Source: Octopus vulgaris
Lineage: Eukaryota
Length of the DNA: 64,000 bases
Assembly (NCBI GenBank): GCA_951406725.2
Contig: OX597828.1
Coordinates: 34,596,001-34,660,000 of the forward strand
Direction of reading: 5' to 3'
In this document: in pieces, positions 26,081-39,584 of the stretch
Numbering within the stretch: position 1 is the first letter of the stretch
How the letters are laid out: the number at the start of each line of letters is the position of its first letter
Position numbers and translations under genes: made by a program
The notes under the pieces: generated by a model
The model's input: the letters and a program-made list of their open reading frames with translations, nothing else
Database searches by the model: none
What the model was told of the DNA's origin: nothing

Positions 26081-28025
26081 GCATACCTAGCCAGCGGAGT
26101 GGCAACATGGGAAAGCTAAACAATATGAGGAAGCGCATTGTGACCAGTGGGGTATAACAGCATCCGGTAGTCAGGTCGTTACAGCGATGCAGTGTTTTAG
26201 ATGTTCTAATCTTTTGTTTTGTTTGAGTTCTTTCTTCCTGTGTTTCTCAATTATTTTGTTAAAGAAGTCGCTGCCTCCATTACACGAGTGAGGTTCTCTT
26301 CTCCACTTGTTGAGAACGACAATGATAATATATCCTACCATAAGGCAGGAACAATTCGACCGTCTAAGCTGTGGCAACCCTATAAAACTGCATGGATCAG
26401 GTGAGTGGTATGGGGCCAAACCTTCTAGTATCACAGAGCGGAAAATGAGAACGCGTATGAAGGGAGATAGACACATAGTGAAAGAGGGAGAAAAAGAATG
26501 AGAGAGAAAACCGGTTGATAATCCATATCTATTGTGATGATAACAAGTGATTATGTAAGTCACGTGTCTGTATTCCTCTGCACGAGTCACTGCTTGCTTT
26601 GTCGATAGTCTGTTGGACAAACCCGGATGGGGGTTTGACACCATAATAAAGATATTCCATTTTTAATAGCATCCAGAAACGAAATAGTTATAAATAGCTA
26701 TACAGTTGCACATTGGAGATAGCAGAAGCGATTTGAAATTTCTTTAGCTTTCTGTGCTCTGTGTAAATCGTTCTATGAATATTAGCCGTTGTTATAGATA
26801 AACGTAGTCATTCAAATTTGCACATGATACAAATTACCCAAAAGAAGAGGCGCCTCGATGGCCAAATCAATGATTAGATTTTATTCTGGTTGGTGTATAC
26901 GTTTTTACGATCCATTAATGGATCGTAAAAACGTATATGTGGAGGTCCATTGGTGTATATGTTTTCACAATCCATATATCGTATGGTTGATTTGCACACG
27001 GCCATTTAAGAATGAGTAAAACCTTCTTTTACTATATAAAGGTAATGGAAGAAAGAGAGAAAAAAAGAAGAAAACGAGAGAGATGAAGGAATATAGGTGT
27101 GTATGTAGATGTGTGTATGTAAGTGTGTGTGTGTGTGTGTTGGAATGAGATGCATAAAGGAAAATAATGAATTAGGGATAGTTAGAGGAACATGTCAGAA
27201 TAGGAATTATGACGCCTAGCTAGAAGCCTTTGTCTTCGCTCTTTTCTTTTTCTTTTGAACACATTAAGCTTCCGTGTGACGTCAATGTACCTCACCATGT
27301 TAAATTCTATCTAGTTTTCAAGTACATTAGCAAATGAGAAAACTAACAAAGATAAAGAATCAAATGAAACAAACAAAAGACAGAGACGAGTAAAGAGCAA
27401 AATTGTTATTAAATCAGTGATTTAAGCGTTGGGGGCTTTTAAATCAGATTATCTGCTCTTGTTGCATGAAAACTGGTGGATTAGCAGATCCGTTAGACCG
27501 TTGGGCAAATTCCGTTGCAGTATTTGTTGTAGCTGCTCTTTACGTTTAGAGTCCAAATCTCATTGAGTTTGAATTTAACTTCTATTCTTCCGGGTCGATA
27601 AGATAATGTACAAGTAAAATGTTGGAGTCAATTTGATCGATTATCGATCTGTGTCAACAATATGCTTTAGGCTAACATTCTGCAATTGAGCCCCTAGGGT
27701 TCCGACAACAGGTGAAGTGGTACGCTGTTTGGAGAACATTACCATCACATCTTCCTGTAACATACCACATTACTGCCAACACAACACTCAAAGACCAATT
27801 TTATTACATAATATGGCCGAAATATTAAGAATGATAATACAAGAGAAGGGGAAAGCAAGCTGCTACTTCGATTTGGAAACCTGGATTTTTATAAAGACAT
27901 ATCTGCATGCAACACCTCATTTACTCCCATGCATGTGTATATATGCATACAGATAAGCATACACACATACACACATACATACATACATACACATACCTAT
28001 ATATATGTATGTGTACATACATATC

Positions 28026-28129
<104 letters not shown>

Positions 28130-28638
28130 AGGCATGGCTGTATGGTAAGAAGCTTGCTTCTCAACCACATGGTTCCGAGTTCAGTCCCATTGCGTGGTAC
28201 CATGGGTAACTGTCTTCTGCTATACCCTCGGGCCGACCAAAACTTTCTGAGTGGACTTGGTAGACGGAAACTGTAAGAAGCCTGTCATATATATATATGT
28301 TTTTGTTTATCTGTCTTCGTCACCCCCACCATGACTTGACAGACAATGCTGGTGTGTTCACGTCTCAGTAATTTAGCAGTTTGGCAAAAAATACCGATAG
28401 AATAAGTACTAGGCTTACAAAGAATAAGTACTGGGGTGGGGGTGATTTGTTTGACTGAAGGCGATGCTCCAGTATGGCTGCAGCCAAATGATTGAAACAA
28501 GTAAAAGAGTAAAATACTATAGGTAAATACCGAACGATGAAAACGAGAGCTCAACACAACGTTGGATAGAATTTCTTTATTTGTGAATTACACACACACA
28601 CACATTCACACACACACATATATACATATACATACATA

Positions 28639-28972
28639 TAGGCGCAGGAGTGGCTGTGTGGTAAGTAGCTTGCTAACCAGCCACATGGTTCCGGGTTCAG
28701 TCCCACTGCGTGGCATCTTGGGCAAGTGTCTTCTGCTATAGCCCCGGGCCGACCAATGCCTTGTGAGTGGATTTGGTAGACGGAAACTGAAAGAAGCCTG
28801 TCGTATATAGGCGCAGGAGTGGCTGTGTAGTAAGTAGCTTGCTAACCAGCCACATGGTTCCGGGTTCAGTCCCACTGCGTGGCATCTTGGGCAAGTGTCT
28901 TCTGCTATAGCCCCGGGCCGACCAATGCCTTGTGAGTGGATTTGGTAGACGGAAACTGAAAGAAGCCTGTCG

Positions 28973-29007
<35 letters not shown>

Positions 29008-29219
29008 GTGTTTGTTTGTGTTTGTCCCCCTAGCATTGCTTGACAACCGATGCTGGTGTGTTTATGTCCCCGTTACTTAGCGGTTCGGCAAAAGAGACCG
29101 ATAGAATAAGTACTGGGCTTACAAAAAGAATAAGTCCCGGGATCGAGTTGCTCGATTAAAGGTGGTGCTCCAGCATGGCCGCAGTCAGATGACTGAAACA
29201 AGTAAAAGAGTAAAAGAGT
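28639..29219 (+). mobile_element. SINE family A with tandemly duplicated ~170-bp head
   Basis: The AGGCGCAGGAGTGG...GAAGCCTGTCGTATAT unit occurs at about 28639 and again, almost identical, at about 28809. Confidence 0.9.
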
Positions 29220-29260
29220 ATATATACATATATATACATACACACACACACACTCACACG

Positions 29261-29292
<32 letters not shown>

Positions 29293-29382
29293 CACACACA
29301 CACACACTCACACACACACACTCACACGCACACACACACTCACACGCGCACACACACACATATATATATACATAAATATATA

Positions 29383-29628
29383 TTGGGTTGGTGCATAATT
29401 ATTGCGGGTTTTTTTCAACAAATCTTATTCAACAAAACAATAACATTTCACAAAAACATCTTTAAATAATTATTCCGGAGCATATTCACCATCTACTTCA
29501 ATTACTGCTTCACATCTGCTTGGCAGACGGCCATACCGTCATTTGAAGATGTTTTTGTTAAATATTGTTATTCTTTTTGTTGAATAAAATTTGTTGAAAA
29601 AAGCCGCAATAATTATGCACCAACTCAA
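29383..29628. mobile_element. Mariner-derived MITE
   Basis: TA target duplications and long TIRs TTGGGTTGGTGCATAATTATTGCGG. The internal minus strand reads RLPSRCEAVIEVDGEY, a mariner C-terminus. Confidence 0.88.
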
Positions 29629-29684
29629 TATATAATTAAGTTTACACACACACACACACACACATCGATATATATATATACTCT

Positions 29685-29894
29685 CTTTCTCTTTTACTCT
29701 TTTACTTGTTTCAGTCATTTGACAGCGGCCATGCTGGAGCACTACCTTTAGTCGAGCAAATCGACCCCGGGACTTATTCTTTGTAAGCCCAGTACTTATT
29801 CTATCGGTGTCTTTTGCTGAACCGCTAAGTGACGGGGACGTAAACACACCAGCATCGGTTGTCAAGCGATGCTAGGGGGACAAACACAGACACA

Positions 29895-29928
<34 letters not shown>

Positions 29929-30099
29929 TATATATACATATATACGACGGTCTTCTTTCAGTTTCCGTCTACCAAATCCACTCACAAGGCTTTGGTCGGC
30001 CCGAGGCTATTGTAGAAGACACTTGCCCAAGATGCCACGCAGTGGGACTGAACCCGGAACCATGTGGTTGGTAAGCAAGCTACTTACCACACAGCCACT
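29685..30099 (-). mobile_element. SINE family A, young full-length copy
   Basis: Close reverse-complement match to 28809-29219. Confidence 0.9.
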
Positions 30100-30380
30100 A
30101 TACAATTTAATTTATAATACAGGAGGATATTGAACATTCAAATCACAACGGTAAGAGAGTCTCTCTAGCTCCAACATATTTCCGTGTCTGTGCTCTTGTG
30201 CTGGTTGTGCTGCAGTTGCTGTTGTTACTGCCGGAAACGTTGCTGGTGCAGCTGCTGCTGTTGCTGTTGCTTCTATTGCTAGACGTGGTGCTGGTGTTGT
30301 AGTTGTTGCTGTTGCTACTGCCATCGCTGCTGTTGATACTGTTGCCTTCGGACTCATTGTTAGTGTTGTTGTTGTTGCTG

Positions 30381-30671
30381 TACGAGCAACGTCTTAGCGA
30401 TCACAAGTCCTCTTTTAGAGATCCCAGAGAGACGGAAACTTGCATTCTTGGCCAGTTCCGGATGGCGTTTAAAATTATAATTGAATGGAAAATTATAATT
30501 AAATGGAAGCTCCTAGAACAACCTAGGCCATACTTTAACAGGATCAAATGATATAAAGTTTGCCTCCCCGAGAGAGTAAGAGTCTTGCAGAACTCGCTTG
30601 ACCAAGAGTTCTCCTTAAACTTCAGAAAAGAAAATTTTAGTCAGTGCCCTCATCAGAGGAAATTCAAGTTC
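30381..30671 (+). mobile_element. Second PLE lineage (Nematis-like): GIY-YIG C-terminal remnant
   Basis: YEQRLSDHKSSFR...KWKLLEQPRPYFN...VCLPER...LNFRKENFSQCPHQRKFKF resembles the HKSSF..KWKIL..PY..C.LC..E..LN.R.E....C.H tail. Confidence 0.7.
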
Positions 30672-30688
30672 GTATATATATATATATA

Positions 30689-30831
30689 GTTGAAATTTAT
30701 AGAAAATCAAAAGACGAAGTCAGGTGTATGAAAAACAAGTAAGTGTATTAGTTTGACGCTCTGGGAAAAATGAAAAAGTCCTTTACGTTTCGAGCTTAAG
30801 CTCTTCAACAGAAAATAATAAGAAGGATAAA

Positions 30832-30840
<9 letters not shown>
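30689..30840 (-). mobile_element. Solo pLTR related to 327-480, with hammerhead-like motif at 30780-30815
   Basis: CAAAAGACGAAG.CAGGTG and TGTATTAGT...CGCTC are shared with 327-480. Minus strand reads CTGTTGA-A-GAGC ttaa GCTC-GAAA-C-GTA. Confidence 0.8.
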
Positions 30841-30876
<36 letters not shown>

Positions 30877-31680
30877 TGTGTGTGTGTGTGATAAAACGTA
30901 TAGAGTTCAGCAGTCAAAATAAAATTTTACACCAGTTTGACCCAGCTCTATGCTACTTTCGTAGGCAGGTAGAACGAATCTTGACGAAAATTACGTCGCA
31001 TAAAACTGAATAAAATTGTCAAATGTGTTGAGTGCCCACTTTCTTTTGTTTGTCACACACTTGTACATACACACATGTATATGTAATTTCTCAATCAAAG
31101 ATACATTGGGAATGCATGTTCAGGCAAAAATCTGCTTGAGAACACAATGAACAATATAATGTAGAGCTGATCTTCATCAACTAATTATCTTGATCCCTCG
31201 AAAGCAACTGATCCAAATCGACTCTTTTCAGGCTCTTGAAAAACCAATCCCTTGTGATTTCCCCAGTTCCAGCAATTTTGTTTCGAACCATCGTTTGAAG
31301 GAATTTTTTCTAATTTTTACGGTTTTCACGAATTCAGGTGGCAGTAGATAACTTACGTATTTATTAACAGGTTCTCTCGTCAGGTGTGAAGCACTACAAC
31401 TTCATTAGTCATATGACTGAAAATGCTTTGTTTTTTTTTTAAGTAGTTATTTCCTCGTCATGTGCACTCGGAAATATTTTCAAAATTTTCTGGGCGAGAT
31501 GCCGTTTCCTCCCTTTGATCTGTTCCAGTGCCGTTTGAAAAGTGTCAGCATATGGGTGAAAGAAGTCTCGGATAAATCGCTTCAGATGTGTGTTAAATGT
31601 TCGACAAGACAAATTAGGAAATATAATACTTAGGTGGAAATAGCATGATTAATTTGTCCAGGAATATAAAAATCTTCGTG

Positions 31681-32060
31681 ATCGAACTCACAGTACCCTA
31701 AGAGGACACACTCGATATTTCCCACTACGTAACGAGAAGGAAATAGCAGGATTTAGTCGATGAGGCCCTTGTGAAAGGAGAGCGTACGGCTTTATTCTCC
31801 ACTGAAGTCGGCTGCCACTGCTTTCCTGCTGGATTAGTGCGCTATCTCTTACAGAAAATATATCTGGAACCTAGACAACTAAAGCAAGCCACCATGGAGA
31901 CAGGCCATGACAGCTGAAATTAGCTCAAGGTGGCCATGGTTGATAAGAGACGCAAGTAGAACCCTTCAACAGGTGAAGACTAGTTCAGTCCTCGCTAACA
32001 CACTCAGGTGAATTGTACAGGCTAAGGGCCGAAACGCCTGCGACCCTGAGATACCTGTTA
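31681..32060 (+). mobile_element. HERO-like non-LTR retrotransposon 3' remnant (RLE domain)
   Basis: IELTVP*ED...K*QDLVDEA..KG.....EVGCHCFP...AEISSRWPWLIR matches the IELTVPWE..KY..L....GW....EVGCRGF...AE.AS.WLW.KR pattern. Confidence 0.75.
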
Positions 32061-32643
32061 AAAATACAGAAGTGTTTCCAGCATTGCAATGAATTTAGAA
32101 GAACTTGCAATGAATTTAGAAGAACTCCGGCAGTTTCAGATATGCAGAGTTTCTCCTGCATCTCTGACGTTTATTTAAATTATTTCACTCACACCGTTCA
32201 AAATTATCAATTCTAGTTGAAAAAAGTAAGGTTGATAGATAGATAAATATTATCTTATTTCTGAGACAATGCTTTGGTATTGGTGGCGGACCAGGTTTAT
32301 TTTGTTTTAAAGATTTTTTCCGCATGGCGACGCCATAAGAAACAGAATCTCTAAAGCCGTTTCTGTTATCTTCTGATGAAATATAAAGAAAGCAGTGAGT
32401 TGAGGTTCATAACAGGAGTCTTTTAATATGGTCATTGGACAAGAGTGAATTCCGTTATTAAGTATTCTCTTTGTTTAGTAGACTCTCATTTATTAATTTT
32501 TAATTCAAGAGAATAAATCTGAATTAATTTATAGGACTTTAGAGAAGTTCTAGCTAGCAGCATAACGGTTAATGATAATCGTATATTACCTTTGTTTTAT
32601 CAATAACCTGCTCTTTCTTATTTGCAGTAGTAGTGGAGGTAGT

Positions 32644-32711
<68 letters not shown>

Positions 32712-33944
32712 AGCCTTTTTTCCCCTCCTTCCTATTTGAATTTTCAACCAGCAGCATAGTTTTTTTTTTCTGTGTCGTCTGCTTGTCAGAAATTGGAAAT
32801 CAAAAACAAAAATCAAAACAAAGGAAAAAAGAAACGAAATAAAAAAAATTTGAATAAATGCGTCATGGCCAAAGTAAATGTCAAAACACGGGGTATTGTT
32901 TTTATCTGCTAATTATCTCTAATCGTTTGGGTTTGGGAAGGAGCAGATGGATAAATTTCAGTTTTTTGCGATTGCTTTAATTATGTTATTCTATAGCAGT
33001 CTAGTTCAATTGAAAGGTCGAAATTCTTTCAAACCATATAAGTCAGATCCCATTATAATATATATATATATTAGCTATAGAATTGAACTTGTTTACCTTC
33101 TTTGCGATAGGCATGCGTAGTTGATGTTGCTCGTTCTATTGTTATTGTTGTTTGGTTCCAGTTCCGTTGTGATTGAAGCAGAACTGAGCAGAACTGTGAC
33201 GAAAGATAAGACTTCCAAATGTGACCATTACTGCATTATCTAATACGATCTATGGTGTTTAAGAAAGAATGTTGTGATTTGATAGACATTGGCTCCTATT
33301 TCTAGCGGAACGAGCAACTACATACCAGCGCCTTCGTGGAAATTATAGGAGAATGTATTTTGAGGCAGTGCAAAGCTTGGAAATATTTTGAACAAAAGAC
33401 ATAAAGTAGTTTTCATCATCATCATCATCATCATCATTTTTTCTTCTTTTCTCTTTCCTCTCCCCTTCCTCTCCCGTTTTCCTGCTCCTTCTGCTGCACT
33501 TTTTCTTCTTCCTGTTCCTCCTTCTCCCATTTCTTCTCCTCCCTCTTCTTCTTCTTCTTCTTCTTTTACTCCACCTCCTGCTCCTCCTGCTCCTCCTGCT
33601 CCTCCTTCTTCTTCTTTTTCTTGTCCACCCTTTCTCTTCCTGTTCGTCTGTTCCTCTTCCTGTCCGTCTGTTCCTCCAATTGTTCCTCCTCCTCTTGCAG
33701 TTGCTGTTTCTGCAACCCCTCCTGCTCCTCTTTGTCATCCTCTTAATCCTCTACCCTTCCCTTCCTCCTCTACTCCTTCTCCTCTTCTTTTTCTTCTTCA
33801 TTTGATTCAGTGTGGAGTATAGGGCACCAACGAGATATCTCTACGTGTTTCATCTTTGGCAATGTATTGCGGCTGTCCCCGAAAGAGCCACCTGCACGAG
33901 CTATGTTATAGCATGCTATAACGTGGTATATGTATATATATTTA

Positions 33945-34452
33945 TATGCTATCAGCGTCCAAAACTGAATATAAAACTTACAGAGTGCACTGGTCAACAG
34001 GAGATTACAATCCCAGAGCCTAAATCAGTGAGGGGCCTGGGTATCGACATAAGTGATGATACCTCTTTCCACGTGCACATTAACAGGATAGCGACGAAGT
34101 ACAGATGGCTGACTGGCTGGCTGGATCCTGAGAACGTTCAGAACCAGAGATAAGGAAACCATGATGGTCCTCTGGAGGACATTCGTCCTCAGCCGCTTGG
34201 ATTACTGCTCTCAGCTATGGTCACACAACAGTGTAAAATTAACAGTGGACCTTGAAGCAATTCAGAGAAGCTTCACAAAGATCGTTTCATTACAACAGCT
34301 CAGCTACTGGGAAAGGCTGAAACTGCTAGAAGGAATCGTGCCAAATTTTTGCATTGAAAGCTACACCAATGCCGGAACGGGTCGACACTGCACACTGCCA
34401 AAGATCCCAACAATGCCATCGGGCATCAGGACCAGTTACTGCAACAGCCTGG
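33945..34452 (+). mobile_element. CR1-like LINE RT C-terminal fragment
   Basis: SVRGLGIDISDDTSFHVHI...ILRTFRTRDKETMMVLWRTFVLSRLDYCSQLWS...LEAIQRSFTK..LSYWERLK. Confidence 0.88.
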
Positions 34453-34776
34453 AAACTAAAAAAAGTATATAAAATAATATATATATATATATACACACAT
34501 ATATACACTAAGTTAACCCCACCAAAACTTAACTATATGCTTTCTATCCAAAAGGCTGCTCTATGATATTTTATTTTGCCATTAATTTAATACGACTAAC
34601 CATTTTGCTTTTTCACCCGGAATCTTTTATTCTGTGAGTCTCCTTGGGTCCGTGAATACTGGTTAAACTATAATTCGTCGAAAAGGTCTTATAACCCCAA
34701 AGCATCCCCGAGGTTATCACCAGATACCAAAGATCGTACATACATGATTACACATGCTACTACTTAATATAATAAT

Positions 34777-35745
34777 TCTTTCTACTATAGGCACAAGGCC
34801 TGGATTTTATGGGGAGGAGGAACAGTCGATCACCTCGACCCCAGTACTCAACTGGTACTTGATTTATCGACCCCGAAAGGATGAAAGGCAAAGTCGACCT
34901 CGGCGAAATTTGAATCCAGAAAGTTGCAGTGGACGAAATACTGCTAAGCATTTCGTCCTGCGGTTTCTAAGGAGCCTGCCAGCTCGCCGCCTTCTTAATG
35001 TAACAAATAATGCAGAGTTTTTAATGAAAAACAAAAATTTCATTGAAGTTAAGGACTCTGCACTTCTCTATGTGCGCAGTTTTAATTAATTAAACGTTGT
35101 TCCTCGGCTAATAATACACATTGCTATGTTACATTAAAAATTGTTTCTAATTTTGGCACAAAGTCTCCAAGTTTAGGGGACAGGGTTAGTCGAGTATTTC
35201 GACCCTGGGATTCAACTGGTAAGTAGTTTATCACCCTGGAAAGGATGAAAGGAAAATTCTTCCTCGGCAGGAAATTGATCTCAGAACGCGAAAAAACAGA
35301 ACGAAACGCTGCAAAGCATTTTATTCGAGTCGCTAACGTTTCTCTTAGTTCGCCGCCTTCAGTGTTATATTCCTTCCAACTATAGGGGATATGGCCTGAA
35401 CCTTCGGGGCTGGGTTAAGTGGATTTAATCGACCCCGAAAGAATGAAAGGTAAAGTCGTTCTCGGCGGAATTTGAACTCAGAACGTAGCGGCAGACGAAA
35501 TACCGCTAAGCATTTTGCTCAATGTGCTTAACGCTTCTGCCAGCTAATCGCCTTAACGCCCTTAATGTTATATTAATAGTTCTTTTCACTAAAGCTATAA
35601 AGCTATATAGGTCAAGCTGATTGCATAGATCCCAATGCTCAACTAGTACCTTAATTTATTGACCCCGAAAGGATGAAAGGCGGGATTTGTAGTCAGATTG
35701 TGAAGCCGGAAAAAATGGCGCTAAACACTAGCTCACCACCTTCTG
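34777..35745 (-). mobile_element. Cluster of same-orientation family B SINEs
   Basis: Repeated CCCCGAAAGGATGAAAGG units (about four copies). Confidence 0.8.
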
Positions 35746-36334
35746 TGTTATATCAATAATACCATGCAACGATACTGTAATTATAACTGAATATAATCGT
35801 CAAAGATGTCACGCAGTACCATATTGTGCAAGCATTTTGTTTTCATAGTCCCGGGTCATTCCAAATAAGGTAGACGAAAACTGCTCAGAAGCCTTTAACA
35901 TTGATTGCATCAGAAATTCAAAGGTCCAAATTTGGCATGCTTGTCTCAGATTGATTCTGCTTTAAGTCTACGTTACAAATATAGGTCTCTGTGAAATGTT
36001 CTGCAACTTTGGCGATAATTTGAGTTCTTCAGTTGATCAAAGCCACTAAATACTCATCGTCGTATCGACGGAGGTCCGTTTTTTTTCTGCTATATTTTAT
36101 AAATTTTATATTTTGTTCCATTCTCTTGTTAAGGCTATTTAACCCCAAAGGTCTGTCAGTGAGCAGATCTATGATTAAATTCATCTCAGCCATGACCATC
36201 ATTTTTTAATTAAAGCAGTGTACCTGGCACTATGGAATCGATGCGTCCCTTCTTTTATTAAATACAGCAATAGTATGGCTCAAGAGAGATTTGGTTACTA
36301 TTTGTAGCAGGTCGAAATGGTTGCGGTGCTACAT

Positions 36335-37032
36335 GTTTAGCTACGTAATATTTTACTCTGCTACATAATTTTAATGCAGTGCTACTTTTTACTCTGCAAT
36401 ACTACATTGTATTATGCTATGCTCTGCTACGAAACCACAGGATGACTGTTATGCTATACAATCCTCTGTTAGACTATGCTACCGTTAATTATGCTTTACT
36501 ATGTTGTATTATGCCAAGCTACAATATATTTAGTCAAGCCAAGCTATACTATACCGAGCTGCGCTATATTAGACTATGTTACGATATACAGGGTGTTCAA
36601 AACGTCTCTACTCAGTGATATTTTTTCATTGAAGATGTATTTCAAAACATGTGTAGAAGAGTCAACTTATATATTGAAAATGAAGGACGACACCCTCAAC
36701 AGCTCTTATAAAGTTTTTTTTAAACTCTTATATATTCTTTTGTAGTCTTATGCCATCTTATAAATACTTACTGAGGAGAGACTTTTGAACACTCTGCTAC
36801 GTTATATTATGCTAAGTTACGCTACTTTATCCTAAGCTACGCTAAATTATGCCGCTCTACGCTATATTAGGCTATGTTACGAAATAGTTTGCCATGCTAC
36901 GCTATATTATGCCAAGCTAAGTTATATTATGTCAAGCTATGCTATGCTATGCCGCGCTACGCTCTATTATGTCAAGCTACGCTATATTAGGCTATGTTAC
37001 GTTACAGTAGGCTATGCTATGTTATATTATAT
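36335..37032. repeat. Degenerate pentamer-based (GCTAY/ATTAT) satellite
   Basis: Recurrent GCTACGCTATATTAGGCTATGTTACG variants. Confidence 0.75.
36589..36796. mobile_element. Tc1/mariner-type MITE inserted in the satellite
   Basis: TIR CAGGGTGTTCAAAACGTCTCTACTCAGT matches the reverse complement of the right end, CAGAGTGTTCAAAAGTCTCTCCTCAGT; TA at the left. Confidence 0.8.
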
Positions 37033-37210
37033 TAGGTTTCTTAAGGCGTCATTCTGGGATACTCTTACAACACCCTAGCTAGCAGCAGTAGCAGCAACAA
37101 CAGCGACTGCTGCAACAAAAGCAGCAACAATAACAGTAGCGATTAGTACTACTACTACTACTTCTTCTACTACTACTACTACTGCCGCTGCTGCTGCTGC
37201 AGCTACTACA

Positions 37211-37264
<54 letters not shown>

Positions 37265-37325
37265 ATTACTACTACTACTACTACTGCCGCTGCTGCTGCT
37301 GCATCCATTACTACTACTACTACCA

Positions 37326-37409
<84 letters not shown>

Positions 37410-37958
37410 AGCTAGCGCCAATTCATTATTGACGTAGATCAGCGACAAGCCTCTTTGAATTCTGCAGTTTACCGTAATTAAATATTCTTTCGTTAATATA
37501 AGCAAGGTGTGTTGCAGACTTCCTATAACAACGCTTATCATACTTCCGTGTTTTTTTTTTATCGTTCCTCCCCCTCCTCATCCCCACACGCCCGCTTCCT
37601 CTCTTAGAATCACCGTCTTAGACAAGTGAGGTTGGAATCTGGACAGATTGGCAAGGATGCGAACCTATCGCCAACCCCTTCGTAGTAAAAAGTGAAACGA
37701 GAAAAAAACAAAACATGTAATGTTCCCTAAATCTGATCAACATGACAAAAATATGCAGAAAATTACCATAATTTGGGGCCACTTCCGGCCGTCAATCTTT
37801 TCTATCTCGTAGTCGTCGTGTGTGTGTGTGTGTGTGTGTGTGTGCGTATAAACACACGCACTCACATATATACACGCACGAGTATGTCTGTGTATGTATG
37901 TACATATGTGTATATATATATATATATGCGTGTGTGTATGTATGGGTATACATGTACG

Positions 37959-37994
<36 letters not shown>

Positions 37995-38215
37995 CGTGTG
38001 TGTGTGTGTGCGGTAAATATATACCGAAATCTACACTGGTACCAATCCTAGGGCATTAGTGACAAGTCAACCCCTTAACTAAATGAATTATGAAGGATAA
38101 ATGTCAAAAACTAAATGTCATCTTATACATAAAAGAGTAATATTTACTGTCGAATATTCAGTGTGACAATGACGAAGTCGAACAATGCTGAAGGTGAGGG
38201 CGATGGCGATGACGG

Positions 38216-38265
<50 letters not shown>

Positions 38266-38372
38266 GCGATTGTGATGACGGTGGTGATGATCGTGATGAT
38301 GATGAAGACAGCGTAATGATAACTAGAATAATTACCAAACCAAAAATAGCATCATAATTGTTGTAGCTACTG

Positions 38373-38420
<48 letters not shown>

Positions 38421-38657
38421 TAAATAATAACTGGTTTCGGATTTTGACACAAGGCCAGCAATTTCGGGGTGGGAGCGTTTCGTTTAGTCGATTACATCGA
38501 CCTCCCCAGATGTCAGTTGGTACTTTATTTCATAGACCCCCGAAAGAGATGAAAAGCAAAGTCGACATCGGCGGAATTGGAGCTCAGAACGTACGGACGG
38601 ACGAAATGCTGCTAAGCATTTTGTCCGGTGTGTTAACGATTCTGCCAGCTCGCCGCC

Positions 38658-38723
<66 letters not shown>

Positions 38724-38825
38724 GCGATAAAACTAGGAAGTACAAGGAATCCTACTGGTTTAATAATATTAATAATAATGATAATGATGATGATGATAAT
38801 AATAATGATAATGATGATGATGATG

Positions 38826-38872
<47 letters not shown>

Positions 38873-38914
38873 GATGATGATTATCATTATAATGATAATG
38901 ATGATGATGATGAC

Positions 38915-38970
<56 letters not shown>

Positions 38971-39000
38971 TAATAATAATAATAACAATAACAACAACAA

Positions 39001-39560
39001 TGACACAACAATGTGGCCAGATATGTCCACTCTCTGCTGTGTGGTAAAGCAAACCTCGAGAGAGGGAATAATGGAAAATGAACCTTACAAAATACTCTGG
39101 GATTTTAACATACAATGCGTCCAAGTCATAGAGGCGAGACGGCCAGATATTGGGCTCATCCACAAAGATGAAAAAGAAGTAAAGATAATAGATGTTGTAA
39201 TACCAAGAAATTCGAGAGTGAAATGTAAGGAAACAGAAAAGACTGAGAAATACCAGCGACTGCAGGACAAGATAGGAAAAATATGGGACATGAGGCAAGT
39301 AATGGTGATACCGGTGGTAATTGGAGCATTAGGAGCAGTTTCCAAGAGCTTTGAAAAACATATTCAGAATATTGGAGCTGCTGCCAGGTTCGAAGTGATC
39401 CACAAGACAGCATTGTTGGGTAACAGCTCGCATTCTAAGGAGAGTATTGTCTCTTTGAGTCACAGGAGAAGGCACTACTCGAAACTTTGGGGGATTTGTT
39501 ATTGCCTGCTTTCAAGTAAAGAAAAACCGGAAATAGAACAGCAGGAATCAAAACAACAAC
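39001..39560 (+). mobile_element. R4/Dong-clade RLE fragment in an (AAT)n tract
   Basis: HNNVARYVHSLLC (alternative frame)...ENEPYKILWDFNIQC..VIEARRPDI..IIDVVIP..EKTEKYQRL..VIPVVIGALG, flanked by AAT/AAC repeats. Confidence 0.88.
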
Positions 39561-39584
39561 AACAATAATAATGATGATGATGAT

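Noticed and set aside
30123-30150. Possible 28-nt micro-exon (TACAG|...|GTAAGA)
   Set aside because: Weak polypyrimidine tract and no supporting neighbouring exons.
38444-39568. 374-aa ORF as a host gene
   Set aside because: It is a chance fusion of an antisense SINE, (AAT)n and an R4 RLE fragment.
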